64,000 nt of DNA from Balanoglossus misakiensis (taxonomy: Eukaryota; Animalia; Hemichordata). Below are positions 1 through 12,550 of the stretch, one piece after another; within the stretch, counting starts at the first letter, position 1; every line of letters begins with the position of its first letter. A program made the translations under genes and the position numbers. The stretch lies in NCBI GenBank assembly GCA_040954595.2, contig CM082589.2:3424213-3488212 (forward strand). The letters run 5' to 3'. The notes under the pieces were generated by a model. It was not told the origin of the DNA. It ran no database searches and saw nothing but the letters and a program-made list of their open reading frames with translations.

Positions 1-622
1 TTCCAAAGCTCACATTGCAAATGTTTTTATCATGGATGGAATTGAACAGGAAAAGACTTCCTTTGGCAGCATAATTTTTTTTTTTTTTTTTTAATTTGAA
101 ATCCAAAAACTACCTCTAGAGTAATAAAATTAATGATTTATTTACAAAATGTGTTCTTGAGAGATGTTTTTGTTATTTACAATACTCTAAAATAGAGTTC
201 ATTAAAAAAAGTTGTTCAAAGGTACGGCTTTACCATTTCAAAGCAAAAAAAATAAAAAATCCCCCAAACCCCAACTAACTATATGTTCATTGAACAGAAT
301 ATCACCAGCTGTATCATCACGGTGAAAGATTGTTTCACTAAGTACTCGTACATATCCTTATCAAACCCCAATCAAATGTTAGCTATTATAAGTACACTTT
401 GTAAATATTGGACCGGCCAATATTAGAGGCCACGGCTAACTTACACACTATCAACAAAAACCCAAAATCATCGGTGACAGACTATTACATGTGTATCTGC
501 ATGAACATAAGTTATGAAATGGAAAAGTATTTCAGTCAAGAAAATCTTTGAAATGACTCAGCCGAAACTGATAAATTCTGAGTTTGCATATTTCGTTATC
601 TATCTATATCCTACCAGACCTA

Positions 623-2565
623 CTACGCTTCCATGGGTAGCTGGCTTTCTGTCTGTTTTTCCCCTGATTCAGTTTGTTCTAAATTTTCTCCCGGTTCTTG
701 TCCTAACTTTTCCGCCTCTGCTTGTCTCTGCAATTTCAACTGTCTCACTCTCTCCGCGTGCTCTCGTCTCTTCTGCGCCTTTTCTTGCTGTTCTCGAAAT
801 TTCGCCTCCCGATTCAAAGTGGCACGGTCGACTTTCTCGTGTGATTGTTCAGCAACCTTTTTCTGTGTCTCGGCAAATGCGTCCAAAGCTTCCATTTGTT
901 TCTCTCTGCTGATCTGCCCAGCCAGTTTCTCTTTCAATTCTTGTTCTCTAGCCTGGAGGTGAAAAAAATGATAATGATTAGAGTTGTGAATCACGGTTAT
1001 GGATCATATTTTGCAACATTCCAACACTCAGTAATTCAACATGAAGACAACCAAATTTTCCACCGTTATGTAACAAAATGTTTTTTTTACTGCCAAATTT
1101 TACTTTTGCCTAACCCACACTGCACAAACTTGACAAAGCTACCATCAATTGTATTACTGGATATCCCTCAAAATAATTCACAGAAAAAAAACCCACGAAC
1201 CTTTCTCCTTTCTTCAGCTGCTATCAACTTGGCTTCCAACTGCTCTTTGGTCAGGTGCTTCTTCTTCTTCTTCTTTTTCAATTTCGCCAACCTGGGAGGA
1301 GGTCGCCTGGCGTCGAGTTGTCCTCCGTCAGAGAGCATCACCTCAAACGCCAGACCAGTCCCCTTGGACTTTGGCCTGCTCAGAAGCAGACCCTGTTGTT
1401 GAAGTTCTTCTAAAATGTCATCAGTTCCCCTGTTCTTGCCGCTTCGTTTTCTCGTTTGTATCTGTGTACCCGTCAGCGTAAAATCTAGTAAAAACGATAA
1501 AAAGCAAACATTAGGTTGAAAAACCTGATTGACCGGGGTTCTGTCATATTACTAGGTACGCAATGTACATGGACCTTCTTTGATGAAATGGACATTACAC
1601 GCACCTACTCCTTACAGGTGACGCGTCTCCCAGCCCGCAATCCACTGCCAATATTCCCCCGTACGCAGAGTAGAAATGCCCTACCGCTATATGTTAAAAT
1701 CCCCAATTTACACATTGAATTTGGCTGACTTCTCACATATTAATTTTTGTTTGAATACATAATCGCGCACTTGAAACAAGACACCATGTCAGCTAGTCGC
1801 CGGCTATTGGTCGATGCTTACATAGCAACGTTGGTAACAACGCTTGTTGATGACCTTTTGACACGAATAAAATGGCGGCGTATGTACATATCATTTAATT
1901 TTCTAATGGCCGATGTGTACCTGCACTTTTGAAAATCCAGTAGCAGAGAATGTGTGCAATACAGATTTCTGAGTTTTTGTAGATGTGCATGGGGCTTCTT
2001 GCCAAATGCAGTGTGGTTTTGCGTCGCCCGGCTTCGATGTCAGAGTGACATACAAAACCGGGCTTGACGTCACCTGACACTTGTCATTAGCCAAGCACAG
2101 TTTTGTCGTCCGGAGACACAGACAGAAGTAAATATTTACAACTGAGAGAATCTGCTAAATCATGCTGAATTTCCCGCGAGTGAAATATATCATGTGGCTC
2201 CATTTTTTGCCATATTTACCTGGAGTGGAAGGTCTTTCCCCGTCAAATGCGACTTTCTGTTGTGCAGGGTCCGACGTTTCTGTGATAACGTGGGCATAAT
2301 CATCGCCCAAGCCGCTATCAAAAGTCCTTGATGAAATTTTGCTCGTTGCAGAGCCGACAATCCGTGTCTGTCCTTCTGTTTTGCTTTCAAGTGAAGACAC
2401 TGAGCCAGATCTATTTCTCTTTTCGCCAGATTCCCCAACCAGGAAGACGTTACGTTTTGATTTTTTGCCGGCGGATGCGGGTTTCTTCGACTTCTGGTCG
2501 ATTGACTTGACCCAAGCTTCGTTCTTTTCGTCGATCACGGCAACTTTAGACGACTTGCAACCCAT
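623..2565 (-). CDS. STMND1: Stathmin-domain-containing protein (STMND1-like), 3 exons, ~319 aa
   Basis: Exons 2565-2220, 1484-1201 and 952-623, all GT/AG and frame-consistent. N-terminus MGCKSSK (myristoylation/palmitoylation-type). Exon 2 encodes DDILEELQQQGLL...AFEVML...RRPPPRLAKLKKKK...EAKLIAAEERRK, matching the stathmin/STMND1 signature, followed by a coiled coil. Confidence 0.8.
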
Positions 2566-3237
2566 TCTGAGTGATTCTGCTGTGTGGACGGAGTGTCTAA
2601 GGGTCGGGGTGTACCGAAGGAAAATGTGATCTTCAGGTATGATTCAGGCAACTTAGGAGTAAGCAGGATATTCAACAGCTGTGAAGCAATGTAGGCAGAT
2701 CCGAATGTAGGCAGTGAAGCGAAGATCTTCTCGTTCGACCTGAGTTTGAGCTCAACAAAATCAACAAGTGCTTGATTTTGAAATGCAACAGCGGACTGGA
2801 CGGAATAAAAGCACCTCAAAATCTGAATCAAAAGAAAATCATACAGGTGCCTTCTTCTACGATGGTGAAGAGAAAAATAATGAGTGAAATCCACATCAGA
2901 TCAGCTCAGCTGAGTTGAATGTCTCGTTTCTGCTGGGCGTCTATATGTGAAGCTTGCTTCACCGTGATTGGTTCGACACCGTAACTACGAAAACTATTTG
3001 CATACAACAATCTCGTTGTCATGGCTGGTTACCAACGGTAAACAAATAACCGAAGGCCTCCGACGTATTCCGATTCTGGTCGAAAGCGCCCTCTTTCGCT
3101 GAGTGCGCGTATTGCTAGTTTATATTGTTCCGGGAAAATCGTTGGGTTAAAAGCACTGCAATGACAAGCTAATTTAAGGTTTTCAAGTCCATGTATAATT
3201 TATTGCTTGAAGCAAGATAAAATACCCAATACATTAA

Positions 3238-3624
3238 AAGGACAAAGTCTCTCTCTTGCTGCCCTTTCAAAATGGCCGCCAAATTTGAGGTTCAAAATGG
3301 CCGCCTATATCTGTGCTTAGTCTATGGCATTCAAAATGGCCGCCAAATTTAGTGACTTTGAAAATCTCTATGGTAAACATTATGTAGAAATTTTACTCAT
3401 AGTTCAACCACACACACCTTCCATCCCACTTGTAGACGCAAGAGCAAAATGAATATTCGGTGTTTACCATTTATTCATTTTGGCGAGATTTTTACTTTCA
3501 TATCCTACAAACGTGATGGTTGAATGTTGATTCACTATATATCCACATGTACATCAGCATAGACAGTGTAGTGAATCAAACATAATAAATGGGAAAAGAA
3601 GAGTGAGAGAGAGACTTTGTCCCT
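3238..3624. mobile_element. Non-autonomous DNA transposon (MITE) with TTAA target duplication, Kolobok-like
   Basis: TTAA at 3234-3237 and 3625-3628 flanks ~19-bp inverted repeats (aaggacaaagtctctctct / agagagagactttgtccct, 1 mismatch). Three internal copies of ttcaaaatggccgcc. Confidence 0.6.
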
Positions 3625-3774
3625 TTAACTGACTGTGTTATTGTTATTTTTCACAGTTATTGTCAACAAAATCACTTTTTGTCATTCAATGCACAACCCG
3701 ATATTAAAACAGCCCTGAATACAGAACACTGGGCATTGCAGCATGCTAAACTGTAGATTAGATTTCGCTTTGAT

Positions 3775-5151
3775 TCACCGGACTTGTAGCATATCTTGTA
3801 CACGACTCAACGAGCCATTGTTGGCCCTGGGTTTGATGCCAAGCAATGCACACATCAGAGGATAAACATCAACATTCTCAATTGTCTCTGCTTCAAAACC
3901 TTTCTTAAACGCCGGTCCTTTGGCATAGAAAAGGGGATGCATATCTTTGTGTCGATTGTCCCATCCGTGGCTTGACACCATGGTTTTGTTTGGCCGCTCC
4001 ATAAGGAACCCATAACCAAGATCTGCGGTCACTAAAAGCGGCAATACGCGATCGCTGCCTTTGTAGTGAAAATGTTCAGGGATGTCATCCTTGGCATATG
4101 CGTGCACATGATCGATACCTTTCAAGTCATCAAGCACTTTTGCGAAACGATCTTCTTTTGGTTTCATCATCACTTGCGGCCCGGATTCATTCAGAAAATA
4201 ATCAAAGTCATTCACGTCAACGTAATCAAATATATTGGTAGTATTTAAAAGTTCAGAATGTCCATGATCACCAACAACGATAATGTTGGTACTTTTGTCT
4301 AAGTGTGTCTCCCTTAGCAACTGCAGCAAGTATCCTAAGGCATCATCAATAACCCCGAGTGTCTCATTGACTTCTGTGGATCCGATTCCTTGCCAGTGTA
4401 AGGCTTCATCCGGTTCATCAAAATACAAATAAACCAAATCCATTTTCTTCTCTGTCAGCCAGTCAACTGCGATGTCTACTCTCTGTCGTGGTGGTATATT
4501 CTTCCAGAGCCAGGGAGTGGAAGCGATGTATTCATCGGGCAAGACTCCCTTGATGGGGATGTTACCACCTGGGTACATGATTGAACCCGTTCGGAGCCCC
4601 TGTCTCCTGGCAGTCACCCAGAGGGGCTCCACCCCCGGCAGATCCCACCAGTAGGTCATGTTCAACGTCTCTTCAAAGCTGTGCGATTGCGTTTTGGAGA
4701 CAGGGTCGAAGGCCAAATTGTCCACGACTCCGTGGCTCTCAACGTACAGCCCGGTCGCGATAGTGTACATGTTCGGCGAGGAGACGGTCGGGTAATCGGG
4801 CATCATGGACTTGGCCTTCACTCCGGCTTCTGAGATGTGCTCCAAGTTCGGCATGCTCACATTGTACAGGTCCCATCGGAGACCGTCGGATAAGACCAAT
4901 ATCACTTTTTGGGCGACCGACATGTTTCTGCGACGCCGTGCTGCCACTATCAGCGCCGCAAACACTGTCACAACCACAACAACCACGAGGAAGGCTGCTA
5001 AATACCTCAAGATGCGTCTTCGCCTCCGTTGTTGTGAAATATCTGGCCGGCTAAATTCATCCTGTTCGTCATCGGAACCTTCTGCATCTTCTGTTGTTGC
5101 TAAGGGTCGTTGTTGCTCAGCAATTTGTTGATACGATCTTTTCCCAGGCAT
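3775..5151 (-). CDS. Ectonucleotide pyrophosphatase/phosphodiesterase family protein (ENPP4-7-like), type II membrane, single coding exon, ~458 aa
   Basis: Open ORF with ATG at 5151. RRRRRR followed by a hydrophobic TM segment, then metal-binding motifs SDGLRWD, YPTVSSPNMYTIATG, EPLWVT, YFDEPDEALH, GDHGH, SHGWDN and NVDVYPLMC..LG..P..NNGS. Splice acceptor ttgacag|GGA at 5194/5193. Confidence 0.92.
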   Translation of the reverse strand: MPGKRSYQQIAEQQRPLATTEDAEGSDDEQDEFSRPDISQQRRRRRILRYLAAFLVVVVVVTVFAALIVAARRRRNMSVAQKVILVLSDGLRWDLYNVSMPNLEHISEAGVKAKSMMPDYPTVSSPNMYTIATGLYVESHGVVDNLAFDPVSKTQSHSFEETLNMTYWWDLPGVEPLWVTARRQGLRTGSIMYPGGNIPIKGVLPDEYIASTPWLWKNIPPRQRVDIAVDWLTEKKMDLVYLYFDEPDEALHWQGIGSTEVNETLGVIDDALGYLLQLLRETHLDKSTNIIVVGDHGHSELLNTTNIFDYVDVNDFDYFLNESGPQVMMKPKEDRFAKVLDDLKGIDHVHAYAKDDIPEHFHYKGSDRVLPLLVTADLGYGFLMERPNKTMVSSHGWDNRHKDMHPLFYAKGPAFKKGFEAETIENVDVYPLMCALLGIKPRANNGSLSRVQDMLQVR

Positions 5152-6315
5152 GGTGAAAACAGGGTTGTCGCAAACTGTCCAATTCTGCACTCCCTGTCAA
5201 GATCAAATAAAAAAATAATTTGCTGACAATAGTGACATACCTAAATCTTCCACCCCCCCCAGAAATCAAATGGTTCTCCCCTAAGTCAACACTCCCCTAC
5301 ACAAAATGGCACAGTGATAAGTTATCAAGGGCCTTTTGTTTACAGTGGACATATTTTACCAGCAACAAGAATGCTATAGAAAATACTACGACCAAAATAT
5401 GCCCATTTACTATCATCACACCCTGTTTTAGAACTGTGGTATAAAATTAAAAATAGAACCCTCTGGCTGACTAATGCATATTCTAAGCTCACTTTACATT
5501 TTAATATCTTGTGAAATACAAAACACGCAGAAATTATTGTATTTCAATAGAAAGCTTAACATAACAATGTTATACTAGTGTTGACAACATATATCCCAGT
5601 GCACAATATAAAGACATCATAAATCTTCAAATCTCTCTTTTTATTGTGTATTAATAATGGACTGTATCAGTCCAGCTTGGACTGGAGTCCATTAAAGTCC
5701 AGTCCAGGGTGCAAACTTCGCTACAGTTATTTATAATATAACGATTCTGTTCCAATACTTCCTCATTTGCCAGGACATAACGGACAGTACAGGCAAACTG
5801 GCATAACCTGGTTTCTCCATTACGCCCAACCCCCTATGCCAGGCTTAACCTCCAGCTGTTATACATGAGGGTGCCGGCCACAGACGACTGTGAGCTACAC
5901 ACATGTACAGGCAAAGTCCCGTGTTCATCTGATTAAAGCTGATATTAGCACTAATACTGTGGTAGTGATGTACACATAAATTACCAATGGGGGAAAAATG
6001 AAAATACATACCTAGTACCTAGCATTGAAGACGTATTTTCTTCAAAATTACTGACAGTCAAATGATTATTTCTGTCTCATGATAAACAACTCGACCAGGA
6101 AAGAGGCACAACTTTCCAATCGAAACCGCTTCCTCGAACTCTGAACTCTGTGATCAGACCCCCTATCTGGGTTAGAATTATCCAGGCCTTACAACAGTTG
6201 GAATAAATACAATAAGTGTCTTTTTCATATCTTTTAATATCAGTATTTTTTAAATAAAATACAACAGACTTAATTGTGTATAAAAACAAAATTATGATTT
6301 CAATTTTAGTCTCTG

Positions 6316-9300
6316 TTACTTTCTTTTCCTCCACACCATTCCTGGGTTTCTTTCTTTTTTCAAAAGTTGTTTCGCTGGTCTGCCGAGTCTGTTTCTTTCA
6401 TCCCGATGTGCCTTTGCAACACTGTCTCGTGCTCGGTCCTTCTCAGTCTATCAAGAAAGAACATCAAAGAGAAAAATATCAAAATTATCAAAATATCAAA
6501 TTCTGAGAGAGTTCAGAATATCACTTCAAGTATAATCATAAATCCTACCTTTTTCAATGTAAATGTTATTTCCTTGCTTCCTAATGACTTCCTCGCCATG
6601 GCAACATCAGTACTGTCTGATTTTAATCTGTCACCAAAACTTGTCCTGAAATAAAAGTTAAGCGGTTGAGATTCCAGGCAGTGATCATGATGACAACTGA
6701 TATTATTTTACATTCAATGTAAAGAGATAGTCAAGTCCAAGTTACATGACAATTACACTCAGGCAATCACATGATGATGGGGTGGTACCAGGGGTGTCTC
6801 AAATAGGCAAGCACACCCTGCTCACATGAGACACCCACCAAGTCTAACCCAAACTACAAAGTCAGAATCTCAGACTCACTTCATTCGTTTCCTCTTCATG
6901 GAGTTGCCTTTGATTGTCTTGAAATCTTCTCCTGATTTCAATTCATAAAATCTCGGTTTCACGGTTTCCCGTTTCCTCTCCTCCTCCATCTCAGCCTTCC
7001 TCTTCATCCTTTCATCCTCGCGTACTTCTGCGTGCAATCTCTTTATCTCATCCCTCCATTCTTGATCGTCGTCATCAGAGCTGCTTTCTTCATCACTTGG
7101 CCGGCCTTCTTCCTCCTGAAAACATCCAGTATTTTAAAGTTTCATGAAACTGTTTTTCACCATCATTTGCTGAATGAAGGAATGCATGAAAAAGTTCACA
7201 CAGGAGTCATTTAGAACAGACAATCACCAAATGAATCTTACCTCGATGTCAACTTCATCAAACTGCTCTGTTAACCTGGCAGCCGTCTTCTCCTTCTGTT
7301 TCTCAATCTTACTGAGAAGTGGATTGAGAAGTCTGAACTGTTCATTGTCTTCATCCACTTGGAAGTCTGGATTCTTAAACATGGCAGCAAATCTGTCGTC
7401 TGCCATCAAGTTTGGAACAGCTTTCTGTCAACAAAAATATAAACGTTGTCATGAAAATGACGCCACAGAAAATACACTTGTACTAACACGATTTTGAACA
7501 TAAAATTACATTATTTGGTATAAATCCCACCTTTTTCTTCTGTTTCTTGTCTCGTTGTGTATCTTCTTTTTCTATAAGCTTCTGAGCCAGGGCTTTGTTG
7601 ACTTGAGGTAATTTCTATACATACAGAAAAAGAAACTGGCATAAGTACATGTGCTGAACATGTAAAACAACCACCATAACACTGTCTGTAGAAATTTGAT
7701 ATAGTTCCCGATAAATACAGTTCTTTTGTGTTTCTTTCCAGCATTGCCGTACTCACATTTCTTTTGACTCTGTTTGTCCGCGTCTCCTCAATCTTTTCCC
7801 GGATTTTCTTCTTGCGGTATTCCTCGTATGCAAATGGATCGGCGATGGCTTTGGCTTTGTGATACAGCCTGATGTCCATGAAAAAGCCATGCATGTATGC
7901 CCGAAGTAAGCTGGAACCAATTAGGTGATTTAAACCTGCCAAGGATTAGATAATGTCATGTCACATCTCCCAGCAGCGTGTCATATGTGGCGTAGAGGGC
8001 GCCCTGCATCACTGGTGAAAAGGTTCATATAGACTACACTGCTGCAGAAGAATCAAATCACCCCCAGTTACATGCTAACAATACTCACCCAAGCCTTCCA
8101 GATCTTTCCTTGTGACAAATTTGTAGTCGTCATACACTACTGGAGTTGGGTCCTCTTCCAGTTCCTCTGTTAGATTATCCAGGAATGAACACCATCTCGG
8201 TGCCGGACCCAGACTCTGGAAAATGATAGGTGAAGAATGCAACATTGAGAGCCATTGCATGTTTACACTACTTCTAAAAAAAAATCAACATTTTCTCCTC
8301 ATTTCAATCACAATGCAACCACAGAAAAAATTTGTCACTAACCGGAATAAAATATGTCTGCATTTTTGGAGATTCTGTGGCCAGGAAAAGAAGACCTGTT
8401 TCAGGAATAACGCAGAGGTCGTTGACACTGACATCTGGTTCAATGGACGTGTAAGCTTTACCCTAAAATATCACAGAGAAAGAATGAAGATCAATGCAAG
8501 TTGACATTTCTTTGTGATCAATAACCTGGCAATGACACTATAGTTTGCAGAAAAAACTATTTCACCTACCGTCTCTTCATTCCAAAGTTTTACGATTTTA
8601 TTGTCTGCTGAAATGACTAGATCTTGCGAATTGTGAAAGTGAATAGACTTGATTGGCAGCCCGTATTGATGATCTTTCACCAGAAGTGGTTTATTGGAGC
8701 GGATATCATACAATAAAATCTGGAAAAGAAAAAAGAATGAAAATTAATAGGTCAATATGTACTGATACTGTTGTTTTCACCAATAAACCTACGGGGTGCA
8801 TCTTCATTATGATGGGTGTGGAAAACTAGGGCTATGTGGTCTGAAGTATTTACGACAAAATCCAAAATACCTGTCCTGTTGCCGTGCCAACTGCCATAGT
8901 TAAACTGTTCTTAAACTTGAGAGCTGTAATTGACGGTACTCCGTCAACTCTGAAATCAATGAACAGGAAAACGTATTAGAGAAGTTGTAGTTCGATAAAA
9001 ATCACTCTAATATGACAAATGTAAACAATGAAATGGTATGTGATAGTCAGCAGGGCCCAGTAAATGTAAACAATTGATAACATTGGTACATGACTGCAGC
9101 GCATTAATTTTGTTATTAAGACGAGTGATTTCCCCGCTTACTGTGTATGATCTGTCACACTATTGAATGCACAGTCTAAGATTCCCACTCTGTTCCTCGT
9201 CCTCGGATCCCAGCATTCCACTTTGCCTTCCACAGATCCAGCTGCAAATAAATAATGCACTGGGTTCATGCTACACACATTCAGGGATCTGTAAAAGACA

Positions 9301-11302
9301 AGATACTAGTGTTATTTTTTATGTTTTTGTATAGTATGTTTTCTTGGCTCATTAACGACTTCTAAAATTTCGTAGTTTTCCCTGTCAAAAGAAAGACAAT
9401 TGGATATGGGATGATTATAGTTGGACAGCAAATAATTGTCAGAATAGAAACATTTTCTTAGTACTGTTGATACTTACGATGCTTCTGTCACTAAGGAATT
9501 CAAGAATCTTCCTTGTTCGAGATTCAATCTGTAAATTTCTGACCTGAAAGTCAAGAATAAGATGGTGATGTATTTTTACTCGCTAGATTGATGAGACAAT
9601 GGGCTAAAACTTTAAATGAAATGAATGACCAACACGACACAGTGAGTCTTACCCAGCTCCAACAAAGTACATATCACATGACGGATGATGGTAGGCAAGA
9701 TCTCGTCCATGTTTTGGTATTCGTAGTCTGTAATATCGTCCATACTTAGCGTGGAATTCTACGTGTCTGTCATCTTGAAGGAAAACAATCTGTTGGTAAA
9801 AAAATTAGTTGAACTTTTGTTGTACTTATAAGGATATAAATCTTTGTTTGTAGCAATGTTAACATTTTATATGCAAATCCTTGGATGAAAACTGGGTGGA
9901 ACTTAATCTGTGTTATCTCGTATTCCAATTCTGTGAGGTACAACTGTACTTTCTGATCTTCAGTATTTTCTGAAAGAGAACCAATCAATCTAATGAATGA
10001 CTTTACCTTGCTGTAGTCATCCGAAAGTACATGAAACTTGACAACTGAAAAGAAAAGGATACGCAAAAAACATGGAAAATGAAATATGAGTACATTTTGT
10101 ACAAACTGTAACAAGGCCTGAAATTATGAATGTAAGAATGGAAGTAATATTGATAAGTACTCGCTTAGCTATTAAATATTCATGAGAAAGTGATAAATGA
10201 TATCGAGAGAAGTCTCATCGTTCAGCCATAATGTCTGTGACTAATCGTGCCTGGGAAGTATTTTGTTTGGAAGAATGATGTATTATGTAGGCATCGCATC
10301 AAGGCACCCTCAAGAAATACTGCATAACCATTGCTGACTCAGTATTGCCTAAATTCAAAGCTTCATATTTCCTGAACTAGCATGGTGACCCCTAAATTTT
10401 ACTACAGATTTCAATAACACTTTAATGCAGAGAAGATTTTATAAATCAACAATTTAAAGAAATTACAGTATTTTCCATTTTACTAATTGCACATCCTTAA
10501 TGTTCACTAATGTACCTCCACTGCCATTATGATATCAATTTCACCTCCTTACCTTCCGCATCAAAACACCTTTCAAATTTCATTGACAGCTGCGTCACAT
10601 CATAGCATCGTATCCTGGGTTTGTACACGCCTGCATCAAAGACACATAGACATACATTTTATCAGCTGGCTACAGTATAGTCTTCCAACAGACTTACCAA
10701 ACAACAATGGATCGTCCATGAACAATGACAAAAAATGTATTTTACCTGTAGCGATGACATACTGGCCATCTTTGGTAATCTGCATACAGTTACTGACAAT
10801 TGGCATTTCAAAGTCTTGTATCAGTTCAATACGCCGCCTTAGATCTTCAAAAGAAGGAAAAAAATGAATTACTTTAAACCAAAATTAATTTTAATATATT
10901 TAAATGTAATACAGTTTTGTTATGGTAGATGTTCATATACATGTACATGTGTAAATTTCAAGCAGTGGTTTTCATTTCATGACTTACCTCCATCACTTTT
11001 TAAAAGTTGTCTCTTCTTTCTGTCTGAAATCCACTGTTGGAAAAAAATGTAGCTACAGTAAATGTGTAATTGGTGAAAGGGACTTACAAAATATCACAGC
11101 TACCTGTGATTACAGCTACAAGTCAGTACATAAAAACAGCTGCATGCAACTGCAGAAACCACAATCATCGTCGTCTCTGTTAAACACATTTCACGCCTCC
11201 GCGAGTAGTAACCATGCTTCAGATTATACCACCTACCTGCGGCAAGGATTTTCCAACACTAAGATTATATATCTTCACGTCGTTGGGGTTAGATACCTGC
11301 AT
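6316..11302 (-). CDS. NOL10: Nucleolar protein 10 (WD40, SSU processome), 18 exons, ~687 aa
   Basis: Exons 11302-11237, 11033-10988, 10844-10746, 10630-10553, 10044-10007, 9789-9653, 9543-9478, 9288-9142, 8949-8871, 8719-8570, 8462-8343, 8215-8089, 7935-7757, 7614-7531, 7424-7242, 7115-6880, 6645-6549, 6447-6316. All GT/AG; total 2064 nt. Peptides [64 protein letters not shown] and [16 protein letters not shown] are diagnostic. Confidence 0.96.
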
Positions 11303-12420
11303 TTTACGACCAAATTTTGCCAACACATGTGCTACGAGTGAAACCGGAAGTAGTTTATGTGACGCGCATGAGCAAACTTTTTTGAACTTTGACCTTTGAC
11401 ATTTGAAATGTGAAGCAAAACCGATGCTGGTGATCGTGATGCATGTGATGTCTGAAAGGTCTTCAGCAAGACCTGCATAAATTCTAAACTTTTAACGAAG
11501 TTGGTCAATTTATCAAGTTGAACATATAAGCCTATTTTTGAATATTTCCAATAGAAATCGCAGTCCAGTTGTCTCAGTACAGTGAAATCCCCCTCTATTG
11601 GAACCTGTCCACTATTGCATTGTACAATGTGCACATGTGCCTAACATCCGGAAGTTCTATCGAAATTGCTATGGCCACCACAGTTTCGGCGCCTTTTTTC
11701 TTTGCAGAACGGTTTAGTGTGTCACTTTTTGTCAACATTTCGATCTGTAATTCGCCGGTAGATGGACAACCATTCTACTGTCTATGGGACAACCCTACCC
11801 TTGATACAAGTTTTCTATGAGACGAACGGGGGCGCTGTCATTGGGGGAAACGTGTGAAAAACACGATGTTGCGTAACTGTGAATCTGATCAGATGTGCTG
11901 TACACTTGTCTGGACATCGAATTTTCATGACAATATGTCACCGTGACCGAGTGTCAAAGAAGCATCTTCAGAGTTTTGATTTGTTTAAAAATCACACATT
12001 GTTGGAAAAAAATCACGGGAAATGGAGCCTTGAAAAAACAAAACATTTTTTGAAACACCACAAGAAAGATGGTACTTATAATATTAATGGCGTTGCGGTG
12101 TCTTCCCTGGTTTCCATGGTGACGCATGTCAGCCCATGCCACTTCATCTATCAGTATGATAATCGAGAAAAAATATGTTCATATGAACGTAATTTGGATG
12201 ACAGTTCGCTACGTCGCTCATCAAAATATCACTAAGCATTAAATGTAATCTAGTGAAAGATTTTTTCCCAGTATCTCCTCTGTTTTCTGTTCAATTCAAG
12301 CCGGTCTGTCTCTTTGTCCAACTCCAACCCATAGATGCATCTCATATATCCAATTATCAATGGTGTAATCACGTGACCCGCCTTAGCTATACAGTTCCCA
12401 CCCTGTCACTTCCGTGTCGA
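11303..12420. promoter_or_regulatory. Divergent promoter region between NOL10 and the probable first non-coding exon of the RGS gene
   Basis: ETS-type ACCGGAAGT at 11343 just upstream of the NOL10 ATG. E-box TCACGTGA (~12369) and CACTTCCG (~12407) precede a plus-strand exon ending in CCG|GTAAGT at 12550. Confidence 0.45.
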
Positions 12421-12550
12421 GTCGATGATGTTGTCTGCGTCGCCCCGCTTTTCGCTCATCGACGCGTCCCTGTCATCATTTGGGTCTGAGATTTCATTTT
12501 TCACCCGTTAATGAGGAATCTGGGGATCAAATTTGGCAGAGTGAACACCG
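12420..12550 (+). other. Probable 5' non-coding first exon of the RGS gene (start approximate)
   Basis: Consensus donor CCG|GTAAGT at 12550/12551 downstream of promoter-like motifs; a compatible acceptor ttttctcctgtag| lies at 17703/17704. Confidence 0.4.

Noticed and set aside
514-1481. Several plus-strand ORFs (132, 109, 185 and 110 aa)
   Set aside because: Antisense shadows of the STMND1-like exons.
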